DNA of 64,000 nt, taken from Nitrospirota bacterium. Its GTDB lineage: Bacteria; Nitrospirota; Nitrospiria; Nitrospirales; Nitrospiraceae. The notes below the pieces were generated by a model. That model searched no databases. It was not told the origin of the DNA and saw only the letters and a list, made by a program, of their open reading frames with translations. This document shows, in pieces, positions 1 to 9,245 of this stretch (the first letter of the stretch is position 1; each line of letters begins with the position of its first letter). The DNA lies in assembly GCA_963703955.1 (NCBI GenBank), contig CAVPGK010000017.1, positions 64,001-128,000 of the forward strand, given 5' to 3'. The position numbers were made by a program, and so were the translations under genes.

Positions 1-41
1 GGCTTAACTATATCAGTCCAGTCGCGCAAAATCTTAGGTCA

Positions 42-85
42 AATCTATCCAACTAGACGGATGGCAGTCTAGTCAAATTTGCTCA
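42..85 (-). promoter_or_regulatory. Crp-like palindrome (70-85) plus -10 box; target gene lies left of the window
   Basis: Minus strand TGAGCAAATTTGACTA-GACT, then TAGATT at 47-42; same layout as 7 other copies. Confidence 0.6.
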
Positions 86-286
86 GTTGTGAAGAATTGA
101 TACGCTTCAGCGTGACGGCGGCTTGCTCGAAATCAACCGTACCGAATCAAGATCATCCCTCAAGCGACGTACGACAAGATCAAAGATCAGATCATTGCCA
201 AGCAGAAATGACGAAGGTCATCTGTCTATTGATGAAACAGGGCGGTGGCCCTGCTGTTGCTCGAAGCGACGCGGGAATGTGACGCC

Positions 287-1141
287 TCAACGGTGAGCCC
301 GGCGCGAGCCGTACTCATGGGCATAGACATAGGTGAACTCCGCTCCTAAAAAGAAAATTAAGGCCGAATAGTACACCCATACCAAGATGGCCATCAGTGA
401 AGAGGCGGCGCCGTACATCGATGCCATGGCCGCGCCTCCAAGATAGAGCCCGATCGCCCACTTGCCGATCGTGAAGAGCGTGGCGGTGGCAATCGCACCG
501 ATCCAGACGTCCCGCCAGGCGATATACCCTTCCGGAAGCATCTTGAACATGAGCGCGAAGAGCAAGGTGATCCCGATCGGCGAACCCGCGAGATCTACGA
601 TTGTCATGATGAGCTGAGGCCATGGTATGGTCCGGTGGATGAATTTCCCCACGGCAGCCAAAACGGCGCTCATGATCAGGGACACCAGGAGAAGAAACCC
701 CGTGCCGATCACGAGAATAAACGACAACAATCGTGTCCTGAGCGCTCCCCAAAGAACGGCACTTCTCTTTCCCGGGATCCGCCAAATGAAGTTCAACGCA
801 TCCTGAAGTTCACTGAACATTCCCATGGAGACGACGAGCAGGGTGACCAGACTGACGAGCATCGCGATGGTCCCGTGCGCGGGGTGACCAGCGCTGTGCA
901 GCATGTTCGCCATGGCTTCGGCCCCGGGTTTCCCGATTAGGCCTTCGAACTGACCAAGCAGTTCCCCTTGCACGGCATCCTCATCAGCGACGACAGCCGC
1001 GATGGCGACGGCAATCGTCAAAAGGGGAGCGAGGGAGAAGAGTGTGTAGTAGGACAAGGCGGCGCTCAACCGCCACGGATTGTCGCCCCACCACTTCGTG
1101 GCGGTATCCCTGAGCAACCTCATGACCCTGTCGATCTTCAT
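287..1141 (-). CDS. YihY/virulence factor BrkB family membrane protein
   Basis: SAALSYYTLFSLAP and YGAASSLMAILVWVYYSA motifs, multiple TM helices. Confidence 0.9.
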   Translation of the reverse strand: MKIDRVMRLLRDTATKWWGDNPWRLSAALSYYTLFSLAPLLTIAVAIAAVVADEDAVQGELLGQFEGLIGKPGAEAMANMLHSAGHPAHGTIAMLVSLVTLLVVSMGMFSELQDALNFIWRIPGKRSAVLWGALRTRLLSFILVIGTGFLLLVSLIMSAVLAAVGKFIHRTIPWPQLIMTIVDLAGSPIGITLLFALMFKMLPEGYIAWRDVWIGAIATATLFTIGKWAIGLYLGGAAMASMYGAASSLMAILVWVYYSALIFFLGAEFTYVYAHEYGSRRAHR

Positions 1142-1399
1142 ATTCCAATCGTTCTCGGCGTCTCGCGCAGCTCGATGACCTCATCCCCAGCCATCCCTTA
1201 ATGGCCGCCGAAATGGAGCCGCCGAGCATCTCAACGTTCAGGATTCTGTTGATTCGGGTGGGGGCCGAGGCCAGATGGCGAAATAAGCGGTCGCGAAGTC
1301 CGGCCCTTCAATCGTCACCCTTCGTCGCCCTTGGTGTTCTCAAGGCGACTCAGTGTCTTTGGTGTTGCAATGCCGTGCGTAAGGAGGTCGCGAGACCGA

Positions 1400-1506
1400 T
1401 ATGAGCGGGAACTGCGAACGTGCAATCCGCCGTTGTCGTCAATGAAGCCCAGCTTCCCGAACTTATTCAGGAAGAAACTGACGCGGGAGCGCGTGGTGCC
1501 GACCAT
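1400..1506 (-). pseudogene. C-terminal HTH relic of a Crp/Fnr regulator
   Basis: MVGTTRSRVSFFLNKFGKLGFIDDNGGLHV is nearly identical to the C-terminus of the regulator at 4140-4794; no N-terminal domain. Confidence 0.75.
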
Positions 1507-1630
1507 TTTCAGTTTTCGGGAGGATCTGGTTGGACGTCATCACGAGACATTCTGCCCGCTACGGTGGAAGAGATCTCTTAGTTACGGCTGAGACGCCAAG
1601 TCAGGTTCGCGCCCTGACGGTCCTGAACCA

Positions 1631-3541
1631 TCATGCATCTTGGAACTCCTCGCTCCATAGATCGATCCCATTGATCGCGAGCCCTTGGAGCGACGCCTCG
1701 AACGCCCCTTTGAACTTCCGGTAACGCACTCTGGCAGTGGGCATCAGGGCCCTCAGCGCCTCACCATCCACCAATGCGCGGAGCGCATCGGGGGTAGCCT
1801 GCTTGAGATGCTCGAAATTGATAATGATGTCGAGTCGCGCCTTCTCCGCCGCCTCTCTGATCCGCGTGAGCAACTCTTGTGCGTTAAGCCGATCCAGCGT
1901 GCCTTCCAGGTCTACGAACAGCGCCGCACATTGATCATGACGTTTGGCTTTGATGTTCAGCCACAACTCCTGCGTCGAGGCGGTCGTTGAATCCAGCTTC
2001 TGCTTGATCGGATGCAATGCATTCGGGATCAGATGCTCCCGCTCAATCGTCGGCAGTTTGGCCTGCAAGGTCTTCAGGACCGTCGCCACCGGGGAGAGGG
2101 TCCCTTTCGGGCAGGACCGCTTGAGGAGCTTGCGAAATTCCCGATTCATTTCCAGACGCGGGATGAATCGCTGCGTCGTCCCGGACAGCCGGCGCCAGAT
2201 CGACGGGATCGAATAAAACTGATGATTGGCCCAGAAAAAACCCTCCTGGAGCTGCTCCGCTGTCATCCGGCTTGGAGAGAAGACGACGTGCTTGCCGTCA
2301 TATTTCGCCCAATCCCGGTCGAAAATGCGACCCGCCTGATTGTAGCGTTCATACAGCGCGGTGCCCGGGAGCGGAGTGAGCACATTGAAGTAGGCCAGCT
2401 CCACCTGATTCTTGATGAGGAACTCCACCGCTCGCTCGAACACCGATTCGTCGTCGTGATCGAAGCCAAAGACGATCCCGGGGTTCACCATGATCCCGTG
2501 ATCGTGAAACGTCTGAATCTCGTCAGAAAACTTCTGCACCCGATTGAAGGGTTTGTTGGTTTCCTCCAGACTGTCCTCATCGAGCGATTCCATCCCTACG
2601 AAGACCGAGACGCAGCCGCTCTCCGCCGCCAGCTTGACCATTTCGGGATCATCACCCAGAAACATGGTCGATTGGCACCCCCACTTGATCTTCAGTGGTT
2701 TGAGCGCCGACCAGAGCTCGCGACAGTAGGCGCGGTTGCTATTGTGCAGGTCATCAACAAACGCGAAGATGGTGCCATCTTCAATGCCGAGTCGAATCCG
2801 TACGCCCGTGAGGAACGCATGCCAGAGGGAGTCATTCCGGATCCGTTCCACCAATTCGTTGCGAATCCAGTGTTTGATCTGCGTGAGCTCCTTGACGACT
2901 TCTTGCACCGGCCGCCGTCTCGTCGTTTTCCCATTAAAGGGCGAGACACTGCAGAACTCGCAATCGAAGTGACACCCCCGCGTTGTAAAACTGCACTGTC
3001 TGGTCATATAGGCATCGGGGCTCAGCAGCTCCACGCGCGGATTCTTATAATTGTCCAGCGCCGGAAACGATTGCATCTTATAGGCTCGCTTCATCGCGCC
3101 CGCTTCGAAATCCGCGATGAGTTCTGGCCACAGCTCTTCCGCCTCGCCACAGACGATGGCATCGCTATACTGGAGCGCCTCCTCAGGGCAATAGGTCGGA
3201 TGGACTCCGCCGAGGACCACCTTCTTCCCCCGCTTTCTGAACTCCGTCGCAATCTCATAGGCTCGCGGGGCGTAACAGGTCATCACCGACAAGCCGACGA
3301 GATCGCAAGGATGATCGAAATTTACATCCTCCACCGCCTCATCCACGAGGTCCACGTGCCACGGTTCAGGCGTATAGGCCGCGATGACCGGCAAACTCAG
3401 CTTCGGGAACCAGACCGCACGCCGTTCCGACGCCGTCAGATGGTAGGGATTGTTTCTCGGATAGGGATCCACCAATAAGAGCGTGCGTGTCTGCGCACCC
3501 TCGGTGAACCGGGATGGTCGAGGCGGTTGGATGAGCTGCAT
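1631..3541 (-). CDS. B12-binding-domain radical SAM protein with C-terminal STAS-like domain
   Basis: N-terminal B12-binding-like region (GGVHPT), RGCHFDCEFC CxxxCxxC, C-terminal VDLEGTLDRLNA...IIINFEHLK. Confidence 0.85.
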   Translation of the reverse strand: MQLIQPPRPSRFTEGAQTRTLLLVDPYPRNNPYHLTASERRAVWFPKLSLPVIAAYTPEPWHVDLVDEAVEDVNFDHPCDLVGLSVMTCYAPRAYEIATEFRKRGKKVVLGGVHPTYCPEEALQYSDAIVCGEAEELWPELIADFEAGAMKRAYKMQSFPALDNYKNPRVELLSPDAYMTRQCSFTTRGCHFDCEFCSVSPFNGKTTRRRPVQEVVKELTQIKHWIRNELVERIRNDSLWHAFLTGVRIRLGIEDGTIFAFVDDLHNSNRAYCRELWSALKPLKIKWGCQSTMFLGDDPEMVKLAAESGCVSVFVGMESLDEDSLEETNKPFNRVQKFSDEIQTFHDHGIMVNPGIVFGFDHDDESVFERAVEFLIKNQVELAYFNVLTPLPGTALYERYNQAGRIFDRDWAKYDGKHVVFSPSRMTAEQLQEGFFWANHQFYSIPSIWRRLSGTTQRFIPRLEMNREFRKLLKRSCPKGTLSPVATVLKTLQAKLPTIEREHLIPNALHPIKQKLDSTTASTQELWLNIKAKRHDQCAALFVDLEGTLDRLNAQELLTRIREAAEKARLDIIINFEHLKQATPDALRALVDGEALRALMPTARVRYRKFKGAFEASLQGLAINGIDLWSEEFQDA

Positions 3542-3587
3542 GGTTCTCTCCTGCGGGTCGCTTGGGGGCCTCGTCAGATTCAGTGCG

Positions 3588-3743
3588 CTAAACTCCTGAC
3601 GCCGGCCCCTTTGGCTTCAACGGAAACCTGCCATGATCTAAATCTCTCAGGCAAGACGTACAGATGGTGTGCGTGCTTCCCCTGTCTTTATGAGGCGGTT
3701 TGTCGCCCAGTTGTTGCTTGCACCAAGCGCAGATGATAATCAT
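3588..3743 (-). CDS. 51-aa putative Zn-binding micro-protein (CAWC...THTICTSC), below ORF-track cutoff
   Basis: Manual translation MIIICAWCKQQLGDKPPHKDRGSTHTICTSCLRDLD...; GAGGTGG RBS. Confidence 0.7.
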   Translation of the reverse strand: MIIICAWCKQQLGDKPPHKDRGSTHTICTSCLRDLDHGRFPLKPKGPASGV

Positions 3744-3831
3744 CAGGACCACCTCTGAAGGTGAGGATTGGGGAAAGGATTACCTGAGCCGTTCACTCAT
3801 GGTCCGCTTTCCTGGATAGATCTTTCGTGAA

Positions 3832-3874
3832 AGGCTATACCTCCTGGCAGATGCAATCTGGTCAAAATTGCTCA
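3832..3874 (-). promoter_or_regulatory. Crp-like palindrome (3859-3874) plus -10 TAGCCT
   Basis: Minus strand TGAGCAATTTTGACCA-GATT; TAGCCT begins 37 nt after site start. Confidence 0.7.
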
Positions 3875-4139
3875 GTTGTAAGAATTGATGGCGCGGGGCA
3901 GCTTGAGGCTGCCGCTGCGTGGGATAACAGCAAGGGCACGTCGTTCTGAGGGACGCGGTGACCAGACAGATGAATTGGGTGGGAGAATCTTGGCGGCCGG
4001 TGACATCAGTTCGTGCATGCGGATGACGGGGATCGCAGGACGGCTCCGCCTAGGCCGTCAATGATCGGGCTAGGCCCACGACACTCTGACGACACGAAGC
4101 CGAATCTGCGCTGTGCTCGAAACAGCGAGGCTGGTCAAC

Positions 4140-4794
4140 CTAGTCGTGCAGGACGACACCGAGGAGGGAGCTGTGAACTTGCAATCCGCCGTTGTAATGA
4201 ATGAACCCCAGCTTCCGGAACTTATTCAGAAAGAAACTGACGCGGGACCGTGTGGTGCCGACCATGTCGGCCAGTGTTTCCTGACTGATCTTCGGAACGA
4301 CCGGCTCAGGCTTGCCTTCTTTCCCAAAGTGGGCCAGCAGCAGGAGGATCCGCGCCAGCCGCTTCTCGCTGGAATTAAACAATTGATCCACCAAGTCTTC
4401 TTCGATGCGAATGTTGCGAGACAGCAGATAGGAGGTGAAGAGCTCCGCGAATGTGGGTTCGTCGTGGAGCACGCTGATCATGGCGTTTTTGTCGATTCGA
4501 ACGATGCTGGCGTCTTCGAGTGAGGTCACGGTCCCCATGCGAACAGCCTGCCCTGCCAGGCAGCCTTCACCAAAAAAACTACCACGCTCCAGGATGGCCA
4601 CGACGGCTTCTTTGCCTTGTTGGGACACCACGGTGAGCTTGACCTTGCCCTGCTGCAGATAGAAGACGGCATCCGCCGCATCCCCTTGCGAAAAGATAAT
4701 GTCTTTCTTTCGGGACTGCAGAATGGGTTTTTCCGTTGCCGACCTTGGTGAGAAAGGTTTTAGGATTGAAAAGCGAGGTTCGTTTGCGTGCCAT
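4140..4794 (-). CDS. Crp/Fnr family transcriptional regulator, apparent +1 frameshift near 4725
   Basis: MARKRTSLFNPKTFLTKVGNGKT joins IFSQGDAADAVFYLQQGKVKLTVVS...FFGEGCL...SQETLADMVGTTRSRVSFF if one C is removed. Confidence 0.85.
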
Positions 4795-5031
4795 CGACGT
4801 CGCCCAAGGAAGTTCTGGCAAGTGTTTCAGAGATATCAGAATACCAGGGTGGTGAATTGTTTTGCAAGAGTGTTTTTTGAGGGGGTATTACAGTGGGCTA
4901 GGAAGCTCAAACCGCTAGATCTATGCACCTCAACATACATGCATGCCTCACGCATCTATGTTTCTCCGTGCATGGACTACCTGCTGCGCGTGGTTCTCCT
5001 TTATCATCAAGGGAGCTTTCATGAATACAAC

Positions 5032-5061
5032 TTGACAGCGCACCCAAATAGCGCGTAGCCT
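5032..5061 (+). promoter_or_regulatory. sigma70-like promoter for structured RNA copy A
   Basis: TTGACA-18-TAGCCT. Confidence 0.65.
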
Positions 5062-5067
5062 GACACC

Positions 5068-5195
5068 ATGACGTTCTGAGCCACGCCGACTGCCCTATTA
5101 CTCGCGCTTCGCGACTCCTCCTCGCGCGATTGATTCTCCAGTCTCCGCCGCTTCCTACGCCAGACTCTCTTTAAAGGCACTGTCATGCCTTTCCG
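5068..5195 (+). ncRNA. Structured RNA/leader family 1, copy A
   Basis: GACTG(5088)/CAGTC(5139) stem enclosing GCGA-CTCCTCC-TCGC hairpin; homologous to copies B-F. Confidence 0.6.
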
Positions 5196-5389
5196 GTCAT
5201 CGGAGGCCAATGCCCTCTTTCTGGCTTGTAATGTGCTCTCCAGGAAAGCAGCATGCCGGACCGCCGCCGCCAATGCGACGAGCGGAATCATACGATGGGC
5301 ATTGGACAAATCCGTTGGCCCTACAAACGACCCGGTAAGGTTATCAAAAGTCGAATCACGGTCTCGCGTAAAAACAAAAGGAGGGCGAC

Positions 5390-5629
5390 ATGAACCACGA
5401 GCAATTCAAACAGAGTTGGTGCCAACTTGAGGGACATCTTAAGAAGCACTGGGGAAAACTCACGAAGGACGATCTTGCACGGATTGATGGCGATTTAGAT
5501 ACATTCAACAGCGCCATCGAACAGCGTTACGGCGAGATGAAGGGAGAGGTCAGCAAGTGGGCGGACCGATGGTATGCCCGGTGGACCGGGTGGTATGAAG
5601 GGTACGAAGAGGCGAAACCGACCTCTTGA
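5390..5629 (+). CDS. CsbD family stress protein
   Basis: W.QL.G.LK..WGKLT.DDL motif; GGAGGG RBS. Confidence 0.85.
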   Translation: MNHEQFKQSWCQLEGHLKKHWGKLTKDDLARIDGDLDTFNSAIEQRYGEMKGEVSKWADRWYARWTGWYEGYEEAKPTS

Positions 5630-5709
5630 CTGGTTGAACCAAGTCCACCGATAAGCCGCTGGATCTCAGGCCTGAATAGCATAAGCACATTGCTTCGGCG
5701 AGGTGCCTC

Positions 5710-6210
5710 ATGAGGACATTGACGATTCTGTTGTGCGTCCTGTTTGTCGGGTGTGCCGGACTGACGGATTTCGGCTTGGCGTCTCAGCACAAAGTCCGTT
5801 GGGGTGAGATCGTCCGGGATGATCGTATCACGGATCAACCGACGGCGAAGGCAGAGCCGGAATATGTCGCCACGAGAGATCATGCGGTCTGGCAGTATTT
5901 TCATGACAGAGGGCGCGACTTCAACAAGCGCGACTGGGAAGTCGTGACTTGGTACGCACATCTCAGCCGTGCGGATCGTCGGCAGGTTGACGCGGAGAGT
6001 GGCCCGGATGACGCGCATGAGACACTCCTGCCGGATAGCCCACCGTCACTGCAGCCCATGGCTGATGTATGGCCGTCGATGGCTCTGGCACCGACGCCGC
6101 TCTATCCCATCGTCCAGGAGCCGACGTTCAATCCTAATCCCGGGTTCACCTGTAGTACGTATAAATTGGGAGGGAGCAGTTCGGCCACCGATTGTTTTTG
6201 GCCACCGTGA
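5710..6210 (+). CDS. Hypothetical lipoprotein
   Basis: Signal peptide with FVGC lipobox; GAGGTG RBS. Confidence 0.6.
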   Translation: MRTLTILLCVLFVGCAGLTDFGLASQHKVRWGEIVRDDRITDQPTAKAEPEYVATRDHAVWQYFHDRGRDFNKRDWEVVTWYAHLSRADRRQVDAESGPDDAHETLLPDSPPSLQPMADVWPSMALAPTPLYPIVQEPTFNPNPGFTCSTYKLGGSSSATDCFWPP

Positions 6211-6245
6211 GCCAACCAGCCGCACGTATTAATGGAGGGAGTGTA

Positions 6246-6515
6246 TTGACTTCCTGCTGGGTGTGGTTATGTCTACTAGGTAGTGGATGAAGCGCTCCGA
6301 TGAAGGGTCGTTGAAATCCCAATCCCCATTCAACCTCGCCTTTTCCCTCGCTTCCACCGAAGTAGACCGAAACGACATGCCGATGAAAAGGTACCGGCGA
6401 CGCTACAGGGCTGCTGGGCTCGCCATTGCAGAATGAGCGCCACGACCGGCTCAACACGGCGAGCAAATCATTCCGAACTCAGTCACGATCTGAGGAAGAA
6501 CCAAAAGGAGAAGGT
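6246..6515 (+). promoter_or_regulatory. Conserved promoter plus 5' leader, family 2, copy 1
   Basis: Homologous to 28680-28921(-); identical 34-nt core and GTTGAA/TTCAAC hairpin. Confidence 0.6.
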
Positions 6516-6956
6516 ATGAATACGAGAAACTTTGTGCTGACGATCGGCATTCTCTATTTACTGGTGGGAGCGCTAGGCTTCCTTCCCGCGCTGGTTTCCG
6601 TGCCACACCCCGGTGCACCCAGTGTGACCGTGGATACTGGTTACGGTTATCTCCTGGGGCTGTTTCCCGTGAACGTGCTCTATAACCTCTTTCACCTCGC
6701 GATCGGAGCCTTGGCGTTCGGCGCCTATCGCAGCCTCTCCAGTTCGACCCTCTTTACACGTGGGGTTGCGATCCTCTTCGGCGTGCTGGCGGTTATGGGA
6801 CTAATCCCGATGTTGAGCACCACCTTTGGGTTGATTCCCCTCTTCGGCCACAATGTATGGCTCCACGCCGCCACGGCGGCGATCGCTGCCTACTTCGGAT
6901 ATGTGCGTGCCGCGGAAGTCCTGCCGCTGGAGTGGGGAGCCAGCCGGGCGTCCTGA
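6516..6956 (+). CDS. DUF4383-like membrane protein
   Basis: LLGLFPVNVLYNLFHLAIG and NVWLH motifs; AAGGAG RBS. Confidence 0.8.
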   Translation: MNTRNFVLTIGILYLLVGALGFLPALVSVPHPGAPSVTVDTGYGYLLGLFPVNVLYNLFHLAIGALAFGAYRSLSSSTLFTRGVAILFGVLAVMGLIPMLSTTFGLIPLFGHNVWLHAATAAIAAYFGYVRAAEVLPLEWGASRAS

Positions 6957-7272
6957 AATCGTGCCGCCGGCAAGCGTCACGGCTTGCCGGCTTCGCCGCT
7001 CCGGCATCGTGGAAGGACCGAAATAGAAATAACAGGGTGAGGTCTCTCGCCCTCATGGACAAAGAGCAGACGGAGGACAGAAGGTCTCGGCAGGTCACGG
7101 AAGTGACCTACCTATTGCTACGGGGAAGGAGCGTTTGTGATCAAATCTGAATTGTTAGAAAAACGGATCTGACAAAAGCGGATTGGTGCAAGAAAGTAGT
7201 GTCGGCGTCATTACGCTTTCGTTGATTTCAAAGAGCGTGAGAGAAGCTGCCGGCCTCTCAATTCTTCGAAAC

Positions 7273-7315
7273 CGAGCAATATTGACCAGACTGCATCTGT
7301 CTACAGGCATATGCT
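7273..7315 (+). promoter_or_regulatory. Crp-like palindrome (7273-7288) plus -10 TATGCT
   Basis: CGAGCAATATTGACCA-GACT; TATGCT at 7310. Confidence 0.65.
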
Positions 7316-7387
7316 CAACAAAGAAGGCGAGTCTTGAAGGAAGCTCATTCCAAGCATGACCCCATAGCGGTCGGTGAGAGAGCGACT

Positions 7388-7462
7388 ACGAGATCCTTAG
7401 CCAGGCTGATTGTCCTCTCATCGCGTTTCTGCTTTGCCCTGCGCGGCGGGTTCCTCGGAGTA
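7388..7462 (+). ncRNA. Structured RNA/leader family 1, degenerate copy E
   Basis: TTAGCCAGGCTGATTGTCCTCTCATCGCGTTTCTGCTTTGCCCTGCGCGG aligns to copy C. Confidence 0.4.
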
Positions 7463-7482
7463 ACGAGTCACAAGGAGCAGCG

Positions 7483-7599
7483 ATGATTAGCATAACGTTC
7501 AAGGAAATCTGGCATGACACCGGCGTAGAGCTCGCACTGGGACTATTCCTATTCGTCATGGTCGTCGGTGCTCTCTTGACGTTCTTGATGTCGGGATAA
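7483..7599 (+). CDS. 38-aa single-TM micro-protein
   Basis: MISITFKEIWHDTGVELALGLFLFVMVVGALLTFLMSG; AAGGAG RBS; resembles 12067-12165. Confidence 0.65.
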   Translation: MISITFKEIWHDTGVELALGLFLFVMVVGALLTFLMSG

Positions 7600-7699
7600 G
7601 GCCGCCGGTGTGTGACGGCAAAGAGACCGGAAGCCCATACGGTCTTTCGAAGGTGACCGATGAGATCTCAAGCAGATTCTGAAGACTAAGGAGAACGAT

Positions 7700-8068
7700 A
7701 TGAATAGCCAACTCACGGCTCATACGCACATCGAGATCACGGAAACGCTGGTCCGGCTGTACGTCTTTCTGGCTCAAGACCTGGACCGCTGTCTGGATGA
7801 GGCTGCCCGCCGAACCTATCCAGAGCAGGAGCTTCAGTCGCATCTCGCTTCAACACGGGCCGAGATAATGGAGATGCTCTCGGTGAACCGGGTGGTCAAG
7901 GAGAAGGTGGAACAAGAGTGTAATCGAGTGCTCTCCCTCGCTGGGGCATGCCTCGCGGACGGAGCCGGAACGACGACGGCGATGGATGAATTGAAAGCGG
8001 CGCGGGCCATGCTGAAAACCAAGACCATGGCCTTGAGTGATTTGCTCGCGGTCTTTCGAGCCGCGTGA
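7700..8068 (+). CDS. Hypothetical helical protein
   Basis: 122-aa ORF with AAGGAG RBS. Confidence 0.7.
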   Translation: MNSQLTAHTHIEITETLVRLYVFLAQDLDRCLDEAARRTYPEQELQSHLASTRAEIMEMLSVNRVVKEKVEQECNRVLSLAGACLADGAGTTTAMDELKAARAMLKTKTMALSDLLAVFRAA

Positions 8069-8131
8069 CAATACGCCAGTTGGTCAGGTGGCAGGGATCA
8101 GAACCTAGGCGAGGTCACCATTTAGGAAGAT

Positions 8132-8265
8132 AAAAGGAGAAGGTATGACCACACGAAACTTTGCCTATTTCGGATAGTGCGGGCGGCGGAAGTCGTGCCG
8201 CTGGAGTGGCAGGCCCATCGGGCGTCCTGAATTCGTGTTGCCGGCCAGCGTCACGGTTTGCCGGC
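8132..8265 (+). pseudogene. Internally deleted copy of the DUF4383 gene
   Basis: RBS and first codons fused directly to the last codons and downstream hairpin of 6516-6990. Confidence 0.7.
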
Positions 8266-8300
8266 CCCATCGAGGAGACAAGAGGAACAGGGAGAGCATC

Positions 8301-8729
8301 ATGAACAACACACGACGGACGTATCTACTGACGCTTAATTCGCCATCCCAAAGAGCCCTTCGGCTCTGGACCGGCCAGAGTATCCATACGCTGCGCCACT
8401 GTTCGGTCAAAGAGATCGGAGGGGCGCTGGTTGAGATGCAAAAGAGTCTGGATGATCTGCAAAAGTCCATGCGGGCGCTTCAACGCGTGAAGGAGCAGTT
8501 GGTGTCTGTGTCGGCGGACGGGGTCGGCGGGACCCGGAAAAAGAACAATGAATCATTGAAGACGGCCGCTCGTGTGAGTGGTCCCGATCAGGGAAGGGCC
8601 TCCAGAGACTCCAGAGAAATGAAAGAGCGGACCATAGGCCGGACGAATCGACGTGGCCCATTCTTTCGGAACATCAGCCAGAAAGGTGATCCTCACGGAG
8701 GGAAGGGCCGAGGAAGGTCCAGGACATGA
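8301..8729 (+). CDS. Hypothetical protein
   Basis: GGAG RBS before MNNTRR; coiled-coil-like middle; 3' end uncertain. Confidence 0.35.
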   Translation: MNNTRRTYLLTLNSPSQRALRLWTGQSIHTLRHCSVKEIGGALVEMQKSLDDLQKSMRALQRVKEQLVSVSADGVGGTRKKNNESLKTAARVSGPDQGRASRDSREMKERTIGRTNRRGPFFRNISQKGDPHGGKGRGRSRT

Positions 8730-8747
8730 AGGGGTTAGGGAGCCAGC

Positions 8748-9023
8748 ATGACGAGTGTTGATCTCGACGATAGCCAAAGACAGGGCCCGACCAATGAAAC
8801 CCCATGGCCCTCTGTCATCAAAGGAGGACCCTATATGATGACACTGCTGACTGCGCTGAAAGAAACCAACGTCCTCCTCGGTGAAGTGGCCATGGACTGC
8901 GAAGGACTCCATCACCTATTTTTGTCGGACCGTCTGCGGCAGCAAGCGAAACACAATCGCGCTGTCATCGCTCGCACCGAGAATGCCGCCCTAACCATCC
9001 GGATCAAGAAAAAAGCAGCGTGA
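8748..9023 (+). CDS. Hypothetical protein (start may be 8835)
   Basis: AAGGAGG RBS before MMTLLTALKE. Confidence 0.45.
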   Translation: MTSVDLDDSQRQGPTNETPWPSVIKGGPYMMTLLTALKETNVLLGEVAMDCEGLHHLFLSDRLRQQAKHNRAVIARTENAALTIRIKKKAA

Positions 9024-9245
9024 CGACCACGAAAACTGGCACAAATACCGGACATATTGAGAGGCAGGAGACCACTCGATGACGAGGAGATCAAACGTTG
9101 AGGCGACCATTGCGTACGTTGGACTAGCCGTGACGGTCTTCGGAATGTTTTGGTGGATGGACCACTACTGGGGAAGCGGCTCTCAGCAGTTCAATCACGG
9201 TGTCGCATAAGAAACAGCGGTGGGTGTCATGAAGGAGGTGGGTCA

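Noticed and set aside
2012..3478. Long antisense ORFs (e.g. 2012-3478, 12877-13905, 41303-42298, 51392-52621)
   Set aside because: Shadow frames of well-supported genes in GC-rich DNA
5019..5309. Minus-strand Arg-rich ORFs (5019-5309, 17087-17380) sharing KRxWRRKxRRLENQ
   Set aside because: They are the antisense reading of the RNA family; the frame is not kept in other copies and the promoters point the other way
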